This document shows, piece by piece, positions 27,028-35,742 of a stretch of DNA of 64,000 nucleotides (positions within the stretch are counted from its first letter, which is position 1; each line of letters begins with the position of its first letter). Made by a program: the position numbers and the translations under genes. Location of the stretch: NCBI GenBank assembly GCA_036679645.1, contig JAZDCY010000012.1, forward strand, positions 88,965 to 152,964, in the 5' to 3' direction. A model generated the notes under the pieces. It worked only from the letters and a program-made list of their open reading frames with translations. It did no database searches and was not told where the DNA came from. The DNA comes from Gemmatimonadota bacterium. Lineage in GTDB: Bacteria > Gemmatimonadota > Gemmatimonadetes > Gemmatimonadales > GWC2-71-9.

Positions 27028-28177
27028 TTGGCGACGGCTCCTGCGCGAACGCAGCCTCGCATCGCTCGAACAGCTCCTGGACCGGTTTGGGGAAGAGCAT
27101 TTCGCCGATCTCCACCGTCTCCGGGAGGCGGTGGAGAACTTCGAATTCAGGATATCCCCCGCGATGGTCGACCTCATCGAGGAACCGGGCGATCCGATCT
27201 GGCGCCAATACGTTCCCGATCTCGCGGAACTCGACATCATCGATGGCGTGCCGGACCCGCTCAACGAAGAGGCCGACAGTCCGGTACCCAACATTACGCA
27301 CCGTTACCCGGACCGCGCGCTCTTCCTCGTGAGCCCGGTCTGCGCATCCTACTGCCGCTTCTGCACGCGCCGGCGAAAGGTTGGCGACCCCGAAAAAATC
27401 CCGATGTCGCAGTTTGAAAGCGCGTTCGCTTATCTAGCCGAGCACACCCAGATCCGTGACGTGATCCTCTCGGGCGGCGACCCGCTCATGTTGTCCGACC
27501 GGCGACTGGACATGATTCTTGCGCGGTTGCGCACCATCCCTCACATCCAGATTGTCCGGATCGGCACACGTATTCCTTGTCATCTGCCCGAGCGGATCAC
27601 GCCGGAGCTCTGCGCAGTCCTTGCCAGACATCACCCCATATACATCAACACACACTTCAACCACCCGGACGAACTCACACCGGCAGCCGTCGCGGGGCTT
27701 GCCCGCCTCGCGAACGCGGGTGTGCCACTTGGGTGTCAGACAGTACTCCTTCGCGGGGTCAACGACGATGTAGCCGTGATGCGCGAGCTCATGCAGCGCC
27801 TGCTCGTAGCGCGCGTCCGGCCCTACTACATATTCATGTGCGACAACATTGCCGGCGTCGAGCACTTCAAGACAAACGTCGAGAAGGGCCTCGAAATCGT
27901 CGAGGGGCTGCGTGGGTGGACCAGCGGTCTTGCGGTGCCGCACTTCGTGATCGACGCCCCCGGCGGCGGTGGCAAGATCCCCCTCCTGCCTGAGTACATC
28001 GAAGAAATCACCGATGAGCAGGTGGTCATGCGCAACTACCGCGGGGAACGATTTGTCTGGAAACAGCCTCGTGAGGGAGCGTTCGTGGGAGCGGCTACCG
28101 GTACAGACGATTTCTCGCCCATTCCCATTCAGCGGCGAGCCACCAAGAGACCTGCGCTCGAGAGACGGGGCGGCTAG
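27020..28177 (+). CDS. Lysine 2,3-aminomutase family radical-SAM/PLP enzyme (KamA-like)
   Basis: ATG 27020 overlaps the GNAT stop by 8 nt (ATGGCTGA). Motifs THRYPDRALFLVSPVCASYCRFCTRRR (CxxxCxxC), HPIYINTHFNHP, RPYYIFMCD, and VIDAPGGGGK (PLP lysine). Confidence 0.9.
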   Translation: MADWRRLLRERSLASLEQLLDRFGEEHFADLHRLREAVENFEFRISPAMVDLIEEPGDPIWRQYVPDLAELDIIDGVPDPLNEEADSPVPNITHRYPDRALFLVSPVCASYCRFCTRRRKVGDPEKIPMSQFESAFAYLAEHTQIRDVILSGGDPLMLSDRRLDMILARLRTIPHIQIVRIGTRIPCHLPERITPELCAVLARHHPIYINTHFNHPDELTPAAVAGLARLANAGVPLGCQTVLLRGVNDDVAVMRELMQRLLVARVRPYYIFMCDNIAGVEHFKTNVEKGLEIVEGLRGWTSGLAVPHFVIDAPGGGGKIPLLPEYIEEITDEQVVMRNYRGERFVWKQPREGAFVGAATGTDDFSPIPIQRRATKRPALERRGG

Positions 28178-28187
28178 GCTGCCCCGT
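28165..28187. terminator. Hairpin spanning the KamA stop codon, between convergent genes
   Basis: ACGGGGC (28165-28171) pairs with GCCCCGT (28181-28187) around a 9-nt loop containing the TAG stop. There is no U-tract, so its function is uncertain. Confidence 0.35.
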
Positions 28188-28206
28188 CCTGGCGTGCCGC
28201 ATTGGG

Positions 28207-30309
28207 CTACTTGCCCGACTTCGCCTCTTCCTCCTCGCGACGCTTCTCTTCTGCGACCTTCTGCGCGACATCACCCGGGACTTCCTGATAGCTCGCGAAG
28301 GTCCACGAAAAGGTACCGCGCCCGTGCGTGATCGAATGGAGTTGCGTGGAGTACTTGTACATCTCCGCTTCCGGTACATACGCCTTGACTTTCGTGAGAC
28401 GTCCGTCCGGCTCGCTGCCCAGGATCTGCGCTCGACGTGACGAGAGATCACCCATCACATCCCCGAGGTTGTCTCCCGGCGCTTTGACCTCGACCTCCAG
28501 CACCGGCTCGAGCAGTACCGGTCTACACGTCTTTGCCACGCTCCGAAAGGCCAGAATCCCCGCCATCTTGAACGCCTGCTCCGAGCTGTCGACGTTGTGG
28601 TAGCTCCCGTCGTAGCACTCGACCTTGAAATCCACGACTGGATAGCCGGCGATGGCACCCCGTGTGGCCGCCTCCTGCACGCCCTTACCAACCGCAGGGA
28701 CGTATTTGCTCGGGATGACCCCACCGACGATCTGGCTTTCGAATTCGTAGCCGCTGCCACGCGGCCCCGGCACGATGCGGATCCAGCAGTCGCCGTATTG
28801 CCCTCTCCCACCACTCTGCTTCTTGTGCTTCCCTTGTCCCTCACCCTTCCCACGAAACGTCTCGCGGTACGCGACTCTTGGGCGGAGCAATTCGGCGTGC
28901 ACGCCGAACTTGCGCTCCAGCCGACCCACGACCACCTGAAGATGCCGCTCGCCACGCCCGCGGATCAGCGTCTGGCCGAGTTCTGGATTGAACTCGTGAT
29001 GGAATGTCGGGTCTTCGTCGTGGAGCCGCTGGAGTCCCGTGGAGAGCTTGTCCTCCTCACCCCGTTGCTTCACACCCACGGCCAAGACGATGAGGGGATC
29101 GGGGAACGGGATCTTGGGCAAGACGACGGGACCATCCTGAGTCGAGAGCGTGTCGTTGGTGTGGGTATCTTTGAGTTTCGCGACGGTGCCGATATCACCC
29201 GCGTGCAGAATTGGGATCTCTTCACGGTCTCGCCCCTGGGTGATCGAGAGGTGGGCTAGTTTCTCGGTCAAACTGCGGGGCGCGTTGTATACCTCGTCCG
29301 CATTCTTGACAGATCCAGCGTGGATCCGGAAGAACGTGACGTCACCGACGTGCGGCTCCGAAACCGTCTTGAAGACCTGCGCCACGAACGGCGCGTCGTC
29401 TCTTACCTCCACTGCCAGGGTCTCGGTTGATTCCCATTTCGTAACCTCAGCCGGTGTCACGTCCGCGGGCGACGGCACGAGCTCGACGATCTTTGTCAAC
29501 AGCGCACGGGTTCCGTAGGTCAGCGTGGCTGAACCGCAGAGCAATGGGAACAGGTCGCCACGTGCCATGCCGGTGCGCATGGCGGCGATCGTGTCTTCCC
29601 GCGAGATCTCCTCGCCGTTGAGGTAGCGCTCGATCAGTGCATCATCCGTTTCCGCAACCCGCTCGATCAGGTCCTGCGAATACTGCTCAAACCGCTCGCG
29701 ATACTCATCTGGGATGTCCGTCTCTTCGTACTCGCCCGTCTTCGTCCCATCCTTGAACAGATGACACTTCCGACTGAAGAGGTTGATGATGCCGTGGAAG
29801 TCCGCGCCTTCGCCAACGGGAATTTCGATCGGGATCACCTTGTTGGTGAGATGTTCTTTGATGTCGGTGTACACCCGCTCGAAGTTCGCATGCTCCTTAT
29901 CCATGGTCGAGACGAAAAACATGCGCGGCATGCCACGTTTGTCCGCGTATTCCCACACGAGCTCGGTCCCGACCTCCACCCCGGCGGTGCCGCTTACGAC
30001 AATGACCGCTGCATCGGCAGCGTGGATACCCGCCACCGCGTCGCCAATGAAGTCGAGGTATCCGGGCGTGTCGAGGAAGTTGATCTTCGCATCCTGCCAC
30101 TCGGCGTGCGCGAGTGCCAGGTTGATGGAGTACTTGCGTTCGATCTCGTCAGGGGTGTAATCGGTGAGGGCGGTTCCGTCATCTACGGATCCGTGCCGTC
30201 GGCTGGAGCCGGCCACGAACGCGAGGGCATCGACGAGCGACGTCTTACCGCTCGCGCCGTGGCCAACGACCGCGACGTTGCGAATCTTCTCAGTTGTGTA
30301 GTCCCGCAT
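28207..30309 (-). CDS. Elongation factor G paralogue (EF-G-like GTPase)
   Basis: ATG 30309 preceded by GAGGAGG. Full EF-G architecture (G domain NVAVVGHGASGKTSL, DTPGYLDF, domains II-V). It is not in an rpsL-rpsG-fusA-tuf context. Confidence 0.85.
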   Translation of the reverse strand: MRDYTTEKIRNVAVVGHGASGKTSLVDALAFVAGSSRRHGSVDDGTALTDYTPDEIERKYSINLALAHAEWQDAKINFLDTPGYLDFIGDAVAGIHAADAAVIVVSGTAGVEVGTELVWEYADKRGMPRMFFVSTMDKEHANFERVYTDIKEHLTNKVIPIEIPVGEGADFHGIINLFSRKCHLFKDGTKTGEYEETDIPDEYRERFEQYSQDLIERVAETDDALIERYLNGEEISREDTIAAMRTGMARGDLFPLLCGSATLTYGTRALLTKIVELVPSPADVTPAEVTKWESTETLAVEVRDDAPFVAQVFKTVSEPHVGDVTFFRIHAGSVKNADEVYNAPRSLTEKLAHLSITQGRDREEIPILHAGDIGTVAKLKDTHTNDTLSTQDGPVVLPKIPFPDPLIVLAVGVKQRGEEDKLSTGLQRLHDEDPTFHHEFNPELGQTLIRGRGERHLQVVVGRLERKFGVHAELLRPRVAYRETFRGKGEGQGKHKKQSGGRGQYGDCWIRIVPGPRGSGYEFESQIVGGVIPSKYVPAVGKGVQEAATRGAIAGYPVVDFKVECYDGSYHNVDSSEQAFKMAGILAFRSVAKTCRPVLLEPVLEVEVKAPGDNLGDVMGDLSSRRAQILGSEPDGRLTKVKAYVPEAEMYKYSTQLHSITHGRGTFSWTFASYQEVPGDVAQKVAEEKRREEEEAKSGK

Positions 30310-30469
30310 CGGGAGAAACCTCCTCTTGGGGGGACCCGGAAATTGGACGCCGACCCCCAGAGTGTCAATTGGAGACCCGGAAGAGGCGGGAAGCACCCCA
30401 GGAGGCCGCGCGGGGCCTTAACAAGCGGCCGCCGAAAGCGTCCACAGGAGTGCTTATGGACCGAGAATC

Positions 30470-32131
30470 ATGAGACGTCATTACGCCGCGGCCGTGCTGC
30501 TCACCCTCGCCGGGGCGACGCCGGCGGCGGGGCAGGGACAGCCCGCCCACCGCCACGTCGTGTGGAGCCGTGCGGACGTCGTCCACCTGCTGAATCGGAC
30601 AGCGTACGGCCCGCGGCCTGGTGATGTCGAGCGCGTACTGATTCTAGGGCTCGACGGCTATCTGGATGCGCAGCTTCATCCCAACCGGCTCGCGGATAGC
30701 GACGCCAACCTGTACCTCCGCCGACTCCACGTGCTCGAGATGTCCACAGCGGATCTCCGCGAGACCTACCAAGCCGGCGTCCGGGCGCGGCGGGAACGTC
30801 AACGCCGTGGGGCAGGCGACTCCGCGGCAACGCGCCCCGAAGTACCGGAGATGCGGCCGACGGGAATGAGACGCTACCTCGCAGAGTTTCAGCAGGCCGC
30901 GTTGGCGCGGGCCATTCTCTCGAAGCGGCAACTTTATGAAGTCCTCGTCGATTTCTGGACAAACCACTTCAATGTGTTCGTGCTCAAGGGTCCCGTGCGT
31001 TTCCTGATGCCCTCGTATATCGAGGACGTCATTCGCCGGCACGCACTCGGGAGCTTCGAGGATCTCCTCATCGCCACCGCACAGAGCCCGGCCATGTTGG
31101 TGTACCTCGATAACGCGCAGTCCGTCGCCCCCAACGCCGAACCGCCGCAGTTGGAACGGATGCGCCGGCGTGCCGAACGCATGACACCGCGACGTGCTGC
31201 ACAGCGGGCGCGACTCGATTCCGCCATGCGGCGGCTCGAGCTGCGGATGCCGCGGGGAATCAACGAGAACTACGCCCGTGAGTTGCTGGAGCTACATACG
31301 TTGGGCGTCGACGGGGGATACACGCAGGACGATGTGATGCACGTCGCCCGCATCCTCACCGGGTGGGGCGTGCAGCAGCGTCCCGGCACCGTGCGCTTCG
31401 TCTTCAACGACTGGGCACACGACCGCGGAGAAAAGCTCGTGCTGGGTCATGTGTTCCCCCCGGGGCGGGGAGAGCGTGAAGGCCTCGAGTTGCTTCGCAT
31501 GCTGGCGCGGCACCCGTCCACAATGCGCTTTGTGAGCACCAAGCTCTGTCGCCGTTTCGTAGCCGACGATCCGCCAGCGGCGTGCATCGATACCGCGGTG
31601 CAAGCTTGGGTGGGTAGCGGTGGCGATATCGGTGAGGTCATACGCGCAATCCTCACGTCGCCCAGCTTCTGGGCGCCGGAATACCGAACGAATAAGGTGA
31701 AAACTCCACTCGAGTTCGTCGCCTCGGCTGCTCGGGTCACAGGCTCGGTACCCGATACCACACTCGCGCTTGTGCGGGTCGTCGCGCGACTGGGACAGCC
31801 ACTCTTCCAGGAGTCTGCTCCGACGGGATACCCAGACCGTCGCGAGTCGTGGGTGAATGCCGGAGCGTTACTCCAGCGCTTCCATGTGGCGCTCGCAATA
31901 GCGGGCGGTCGCGCGCCGGGTCTCCAGGCGCCGCGCGAGCCGCCTCTCGGCAGTGCGGGGACGGCAGACGAGATTCTCGCCGGCGTGCGGCACGTGTTCT
32001 TCCACGACGTGGCCGGCGCGGCCACTCTGCAGAGCATACGGAACCAGATCTCCGATCTACCCGACCCGCGGGCCCGCCGGACGCTGGCGATGGGCATGGC
32101 CATCGGCAGTCCCGAGTTCCAGCGACGGTAG
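30470..32131 (+). CDS. DUF1800 family protein (secreted)
   Basis: Signal peptide MRRHYAAAVLLTLAGATPAAGQG. Conserved DUF1800 core NENYARELLELHTLGVDGGYTQDDV. Confidence 0.75.
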   Translation: MRRHYAAAVLLTLAGATPAAGQGQPAHRHVVWSRADVVHLLNRTAYGPRPGDVERVLILGLDGYLDAQLHPNRLADSDANLYLRRLHVLEMSTADLRETYQAGVRARRERQRRGAGDSAATRPEVPEMRPTGMRRYLAEFQQAALARAILSKRQLYEVLVDFWTNHFNVFVLKGPVRFLMPSYIEDVIRRHALGSFEDLLIATAQSPAMLVYLDNAQSVAPNAEPPQLERMRRRAERMTPRRAAQRARLDSAMRRLELRMPRGINENYARELLELHTLGVDGGYTQDDVMHVARILTGWGVQQRPGTVRFVFNDWAHDRGEKLVLGHVFPPGRGEREGLELLRMLARHPSTMRFVSTKLCRRFVADDPPAACIDTAVQAWVGSGGDIGEVIRAILTSPSFWAPEYRTNKVKTPLEFVASAARVTGSVPDTTLALVRVVARLGQPLFQESAPTGYPDRRESWVNAGALLQRFHVALAIAGGRAPGLQAPREPPLGSAGTADEILAGVRHVFFHDVAGAATLQSIRNQISDLPDPRARRTLAMGMAIGSPEFQRR

Positions 32132-32141
32132 GAGTGTTTGG

Positions 32142-33416
32142 ATGACGACCGAGAAGTTACGTCGACGCGTCTTCGTCAAGACCGGTGGGCTGGCACTTCT
32201 GAGCCTTGGGCTCGACCCGATCTTTCTGACCCGAGCCGCGTACGCCGTGCGTCGCAGCGGGGCCACCGGCACACGCACCAAGACGCTCGTCTGCGTGTTC
32301 CAACGCGGCGCCGTAGATGGGCTCAACATGATCGTGCCGCACGGTGAGCGGCGTTACTACGACGAACGCCCGCGCATCGCCGTGCCGCCGCCCGGTCACG
32401 CCGGTGGCGCGCTGGACCTCGACGGGATGTTCGGATTGCACCCCGCGCTGGCTCCACTGCTCCCGCTGTACCACGCGGGCACGTTGGCCCTGGTTCATGC
32501 GGTGGGCTCTCCAGATGCCACGCGCAGCCACTTCGATGCGCAAGATTACATGGAATCGGGAACACCCGGTCGCAAGACCACTCAGGACGGATGGCTGAAC
32601 CGGCAGCTGGCGCACGCTGCCGATCACGGCACAACACCGTTTCGCGGCGTCGCGATCGGACCACATCTGCCCCGCGCTTTGCGCGGCGCCGCGCCCGCCT
32701 TGGCAATCGACAACCTCCAGAACTTCGGTATGCCCGGACGCGGGGCACTGCGCGAGCGCATCACGTCGGCCTTCGAGGAGATGTACGGTGGTACCTCATC
32801 CGGTCTCGTTGCCAGCTCGGCCGGAGAAGCGTTCGACGCCGCCCGTCGGCTCGAGGCAGCTCATCCGGAGCGCGTGCGTCCGGCAAACGGCGCCGCATAC
32901 CCCTCCAGCCCGTTCGGGCGCGCCATGCGGCAGATCGCCCAACTCATTAGGTCCGATCTCGGGCTCGAGATTGCGTTCACAGACGTGGGTGGTTGGGACA
33001 CCCACGTCAATCAAGGTGCGGGCGAGGGACAGCTTGCCGGCCGCCTTGCCGATTTCGGACGCGCCCTCGCAGCCTTTGCCACCGACCTCGGCGAGCGACT
33101 AGCTGATGTCACCATCCTGACAATGAGCGAGTTCGGCCGCACGGTGGCAGAGAACGGCGCGAGCGGGACCGACCATGGCCACGCCACAGCCATGATGGTC
33201 ATGGGTGGATCGACGAGGGGCGGTCGTGTCTACGGACGATGGCCGACGCTCGACCCCGCCAGGCGCTTCAAGGGGCGCGATCTGGCGGTGACGACCGATT
33301 TCCGAGACCTCTTTGCTGAAGTGCTGGTCCGGCACCTTGGTTCCACGGACCTCGGTGCCGTCTTCCCCGGCTACCAGACGAATGCTGCCCGCTGGCTGGA
33401 TCTCATGCCTGCCTGA
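32142..33416 (+). CDS. DUF1501 family protein (Tat-signal, sulfatase/alkaline-phosphatase-like fold)
   Basis: ATG 32142 preceded by GGAG. Twin-arginine N-terminus KLRRRVFVKTGGLALLSLG and the C-terminal SEFGRTVAENGASGTDHGHA motif typical of DUF1501. Confidence 0.75.
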   Translation: MTTEKLRRRVFVKTGGLALLSLGLDPIFLTRAAYAVRRSGATGTRTKTLVCVFQRGAVDGLNMIVPHGERRYYDERPRIAVPPPGHAGGALDLDGMFGLHPALAPLLPLYHAGTLALVHAVGSPDATRSHFDAQDYMESGTPGRKTTQDGWLNRQLAHAADHGTTPFRGVAIGPHLPRALRGAAPALAIDNLQNFGMPGRGALRERITSAFEEMYGGTSSGLVASSAGEAFDAARRLEAAHPERVRPANGAAYPSSPFGRAMRQIAQLIRSDLGLEIAFTDVGGWDTHVNQGAGEGQLAGRLADFGRALAAFATDLGERLADVTILTMSEFGRTVAENGASGTDHGHATAMMVMGGSTRGGRVYGRWPTLDPARRFKGRDLAVTTDFRDLFAEVLVRHLGSTDLGAVFPGYQTNAARWLDLMPA

Positions 33417-33507
33417 AACCACGGTCGCTCCCATGGTGGGCCTCCTCGGCCGGCGGGCTGCTCAACTCCTTGCGGCGATCACCCGAACATTGCATCAGAT
33501 AGCGGCT

Positions 33508-33526
33508 GACGAGACAGGGTCTCGTC
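33508..33526 (+). terminator. Perfect 8-bp hairpin downstream of the DUF1501 gene
   Basis: GACGAGAC-AGG-GTCTCGTC. There is no U-tract, so it is only weakly supported as a terminator. Confidence 0.3.
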
Positions 33527-33541
33527 GGGACACACGCGCCG

Positions 33542-35479
33542 GTGAAGGGGGCGAGGATTCTTAACCTCATGTCGGACATACAACTAACCGCATACGCAGA
33601 TCCCGCACTCCGCATGGTCGTTTCGGCCGGATCGGCACCCGACCCGCGGCAATTCTGGGCCATCGCTGCCGATATCATCATACGCGAGCACGGTGCAGAC
33701 CGCGTTGTGATCGAGTATTCCGACGGCTACGCCGCCGGCACCTCGATTGCCGGCGACGCGCAGGAGGGCACCAAGTCGCATCAGATGGAGTGGACCGGCA
33801 GCAACGATCGGTTCGCACGCATCACGATTTGGCCTCCACCGGATCAGAGCGCGGTGCTGACACGTCACCTCGCGATGGCGGCCGAGCTGGCGGGTCTGGT
33901 CGGTCGCCGCGCGACCCTCGAGCACGAGCGCCGTCTCGGGACATTTCTCGTCGAGTTGTCCCGATGGATGAGCACGGCCGCAACCGATCCGCGCACGCTA
34001 CTGGAGTACGCGGTGCACAGCGTGATGTCGCTGGTGGATGCGAGTGGCGCGTTGGTGGTCGAGCGCAACGGCGACGGTGCGCTGGCCCTCGGAATCTCGG
34101 TCGGCCAGACCGACATCTTCGAACAGACCACCGGCAACCTCGGAGACAGCATCTTCGGACGCGTCATGCTGTCCGAGGAACCGCTCCTCGTCCAGCGTCT
34201 GGGAGACGAGCCGGACATCCCACTCGCCGCGGATGGGCGCGACCGACTGCGCGGGGCGATCATCGTCCCGCTCGTGACGAGCGGTGGTGCTATCGGGTCG
34301 CTGTGCGCGTTCCGCACGGCCGACACGTCGGCGGGCGACGTCCCTTTTACCCTGCACGACCTAAACTACCTGCAGGCGGTGGCATCACACATCGGTGGGG
34401 CGCTGGACCTTGCCGCGGCCCTCGAGGCCGCTCACGAAGCCGCCCGCCGTCTGAGCGCGATGGTCAACGGCAGCCCCTTGCCACTGGCACTTGTCAACCG
34501 CTCCGGCCTGATTCTCGAAGCCAATCCGGCGTGGGCCGCGCTCTTCGGGCTACCGCACGCCGATGCCCTGCGCGGACGAACCCTCGAGACCTTCCCCATG
34601 GAACTCGACCGGTCCACCCCGGCCGAGTCGATCGACCTGTCCGCATCCGGCGTTCCATGGCGGGGACGAGCCCGAGTGACACGCGGTGACGAGCATCGCA
34701 AGTGCGACGCGATCTTCACCGCGCTCGACGGGACTGAGGGTGATTTTCTGGTCGCGCTCCATGATCGCACTGATGAGATCCGTGCGCAGCGAGAGTTGAT
34801 CGCCAGCGAGAAGCTCGCGACGGTTGGCAGTATTGCGGGCGGGGTGGCGCATGAAGTCAACAACCCGCTTGCCGCCATCCGGATGGAAGCGGAGTTGCTG
34901 CTCGTAGGCGATGCACCAACGGAGACCGCGGAAGCCGTCAAGGTGATCATCAACGAGGTCGACCGGGCCGCTCGCATCGCCAAAGGGCTCTTGCGTCTGT
35001 CCCGGCAATCCGACGGTCGGATGGAAGAGATCGCGCCCACGGAGTTGCTGGACGACATCGCTGAGGTCCGTACACAGGTGCTGGCCGGAGAGGGAACGAC
35101 GCTGAGCGCCGACGTGGCGCGAGATCTCCCCACGGTGTTCGCGCGGGCGGGTGACCTGGAGCAGGTACTTCTTCACATCGTCTCGAACGCGGAGCACGCG
35201 GTGCGGTCCCGGTCGAACGCGACCATTCACGTGCTGGCGCGTCCCTCCGACAAAGGCGTGCGCATCACGGTGGACGACTCCGGCCCGGGAGTGGAAGCCA
35301 GCCTGCGCACACGCATCTTCGATCCCTTCTTCACGACGCGCGCGCCGGACAAGGGTCGTGGACTAGGTCTCGCCATGTGCCAGCGGATCGCAACGGAGCT
35401 GGGCGGCCGGATCTGGATCGAGGACAGTCCCCTGGGCGGCGCGCGATTCGTATTCGAGCTCCCACGCGCGAGCACCTGA
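33542..35479 (+). CDS. Sensor histidine kinase (GAF-like + PAS + HisKA + HATPase_c), cytoplasmic
   Basis: H-box GGVAHEVNNPLAAI, N/G boxes (IVSNAEHAV, DDSGPGV, GRGLGLAMCQRI), and a PAS-like segment (NPAWAALFGLPHADALRGRTL). Alternative start ATG 33569. Confidence 0.85.
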   Translation: MKGARILNLMSDIQLTAYADPALRMVVSAGSAPDPRQFWAIAADIIIREHGADRVVIEYSDGYAAGTSIAGDAQEGTKSHQMEWTGSNDRFARITIWPPPDQSAVLTRHLAMAAELAGLVGRRATLEHERRLGTFLVELSRWMSTAATDPRTLLEYAVHSVMSLVDASGALVVERNGDGALALGISVGQTDIFEQTTGNLGDSIFGRVMLSEEPLLVQRLGDEPDIPLAADGRDRLRGAIIVPLVTSGGAIGSLCAFRTADTSAGDVPFTLHDLNYLQAVASHIGGALDLAAALEAAHEAARRLSAMVNGSPLPLALVNRSGLILEANPAWAALFGLPHADALRGRTLETFPMELDRSTPAESIDLSASGVPWRGRARVTRGDEHRKCDAIFTALDGTEGDFLVALHDRTDEIRAQRELIASEKLATVGSIAGGVAHEVNNPLAAIRMEAELLLVGDAPTETAEAVKVIINEVDRAARIAKGLLRLSRQSDGRMEEIAPTELLDDIAEVRTQVLAGEGTTLSADVARDLPTVFARAGDLEQVLLHIVSNAEHAVRSRSNATIHVLARPSDKGVRITVDDSGPGVEASLRTRIFDPFFTTRAPDKGRGLGLAMCQRIATELGGRIWIEDSPLGGARFVFELPRAST

Positions 35480-35742
35480 CCACACGACGTAGAAAATTTC
35501 ACGCTCACCAACTCGCGCAGACCAAACCGACCCAGTTGGCGACGTCACGGAACGGATCTTGAGTGCCATGCCCACTTCGGTACTCATCGTGCCCGTGCTG
35601 GGACCCGCGGACCGGCGGTCTCGCCGATCGGGGCACGGCGCGGGTGGCCGGTCGGGGTTCACGCTCGAGGCCTAGCCATGTGACATCGCGCGCGTTGCCA
35701 GCTACGTGGCACAACGACGGTGTTGCAGGTAGGTTCGGCGAT

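Noticed and set aside
30320-30385. Direct repeats GACCCGGAA (x2) and AATTGGA (x2) in the EF-G / DUF1800 divergent spacer
   Set aside because: Short, with no dyad symmetry or match to a known operator. They could arise by chance in a 160-bp spacer.
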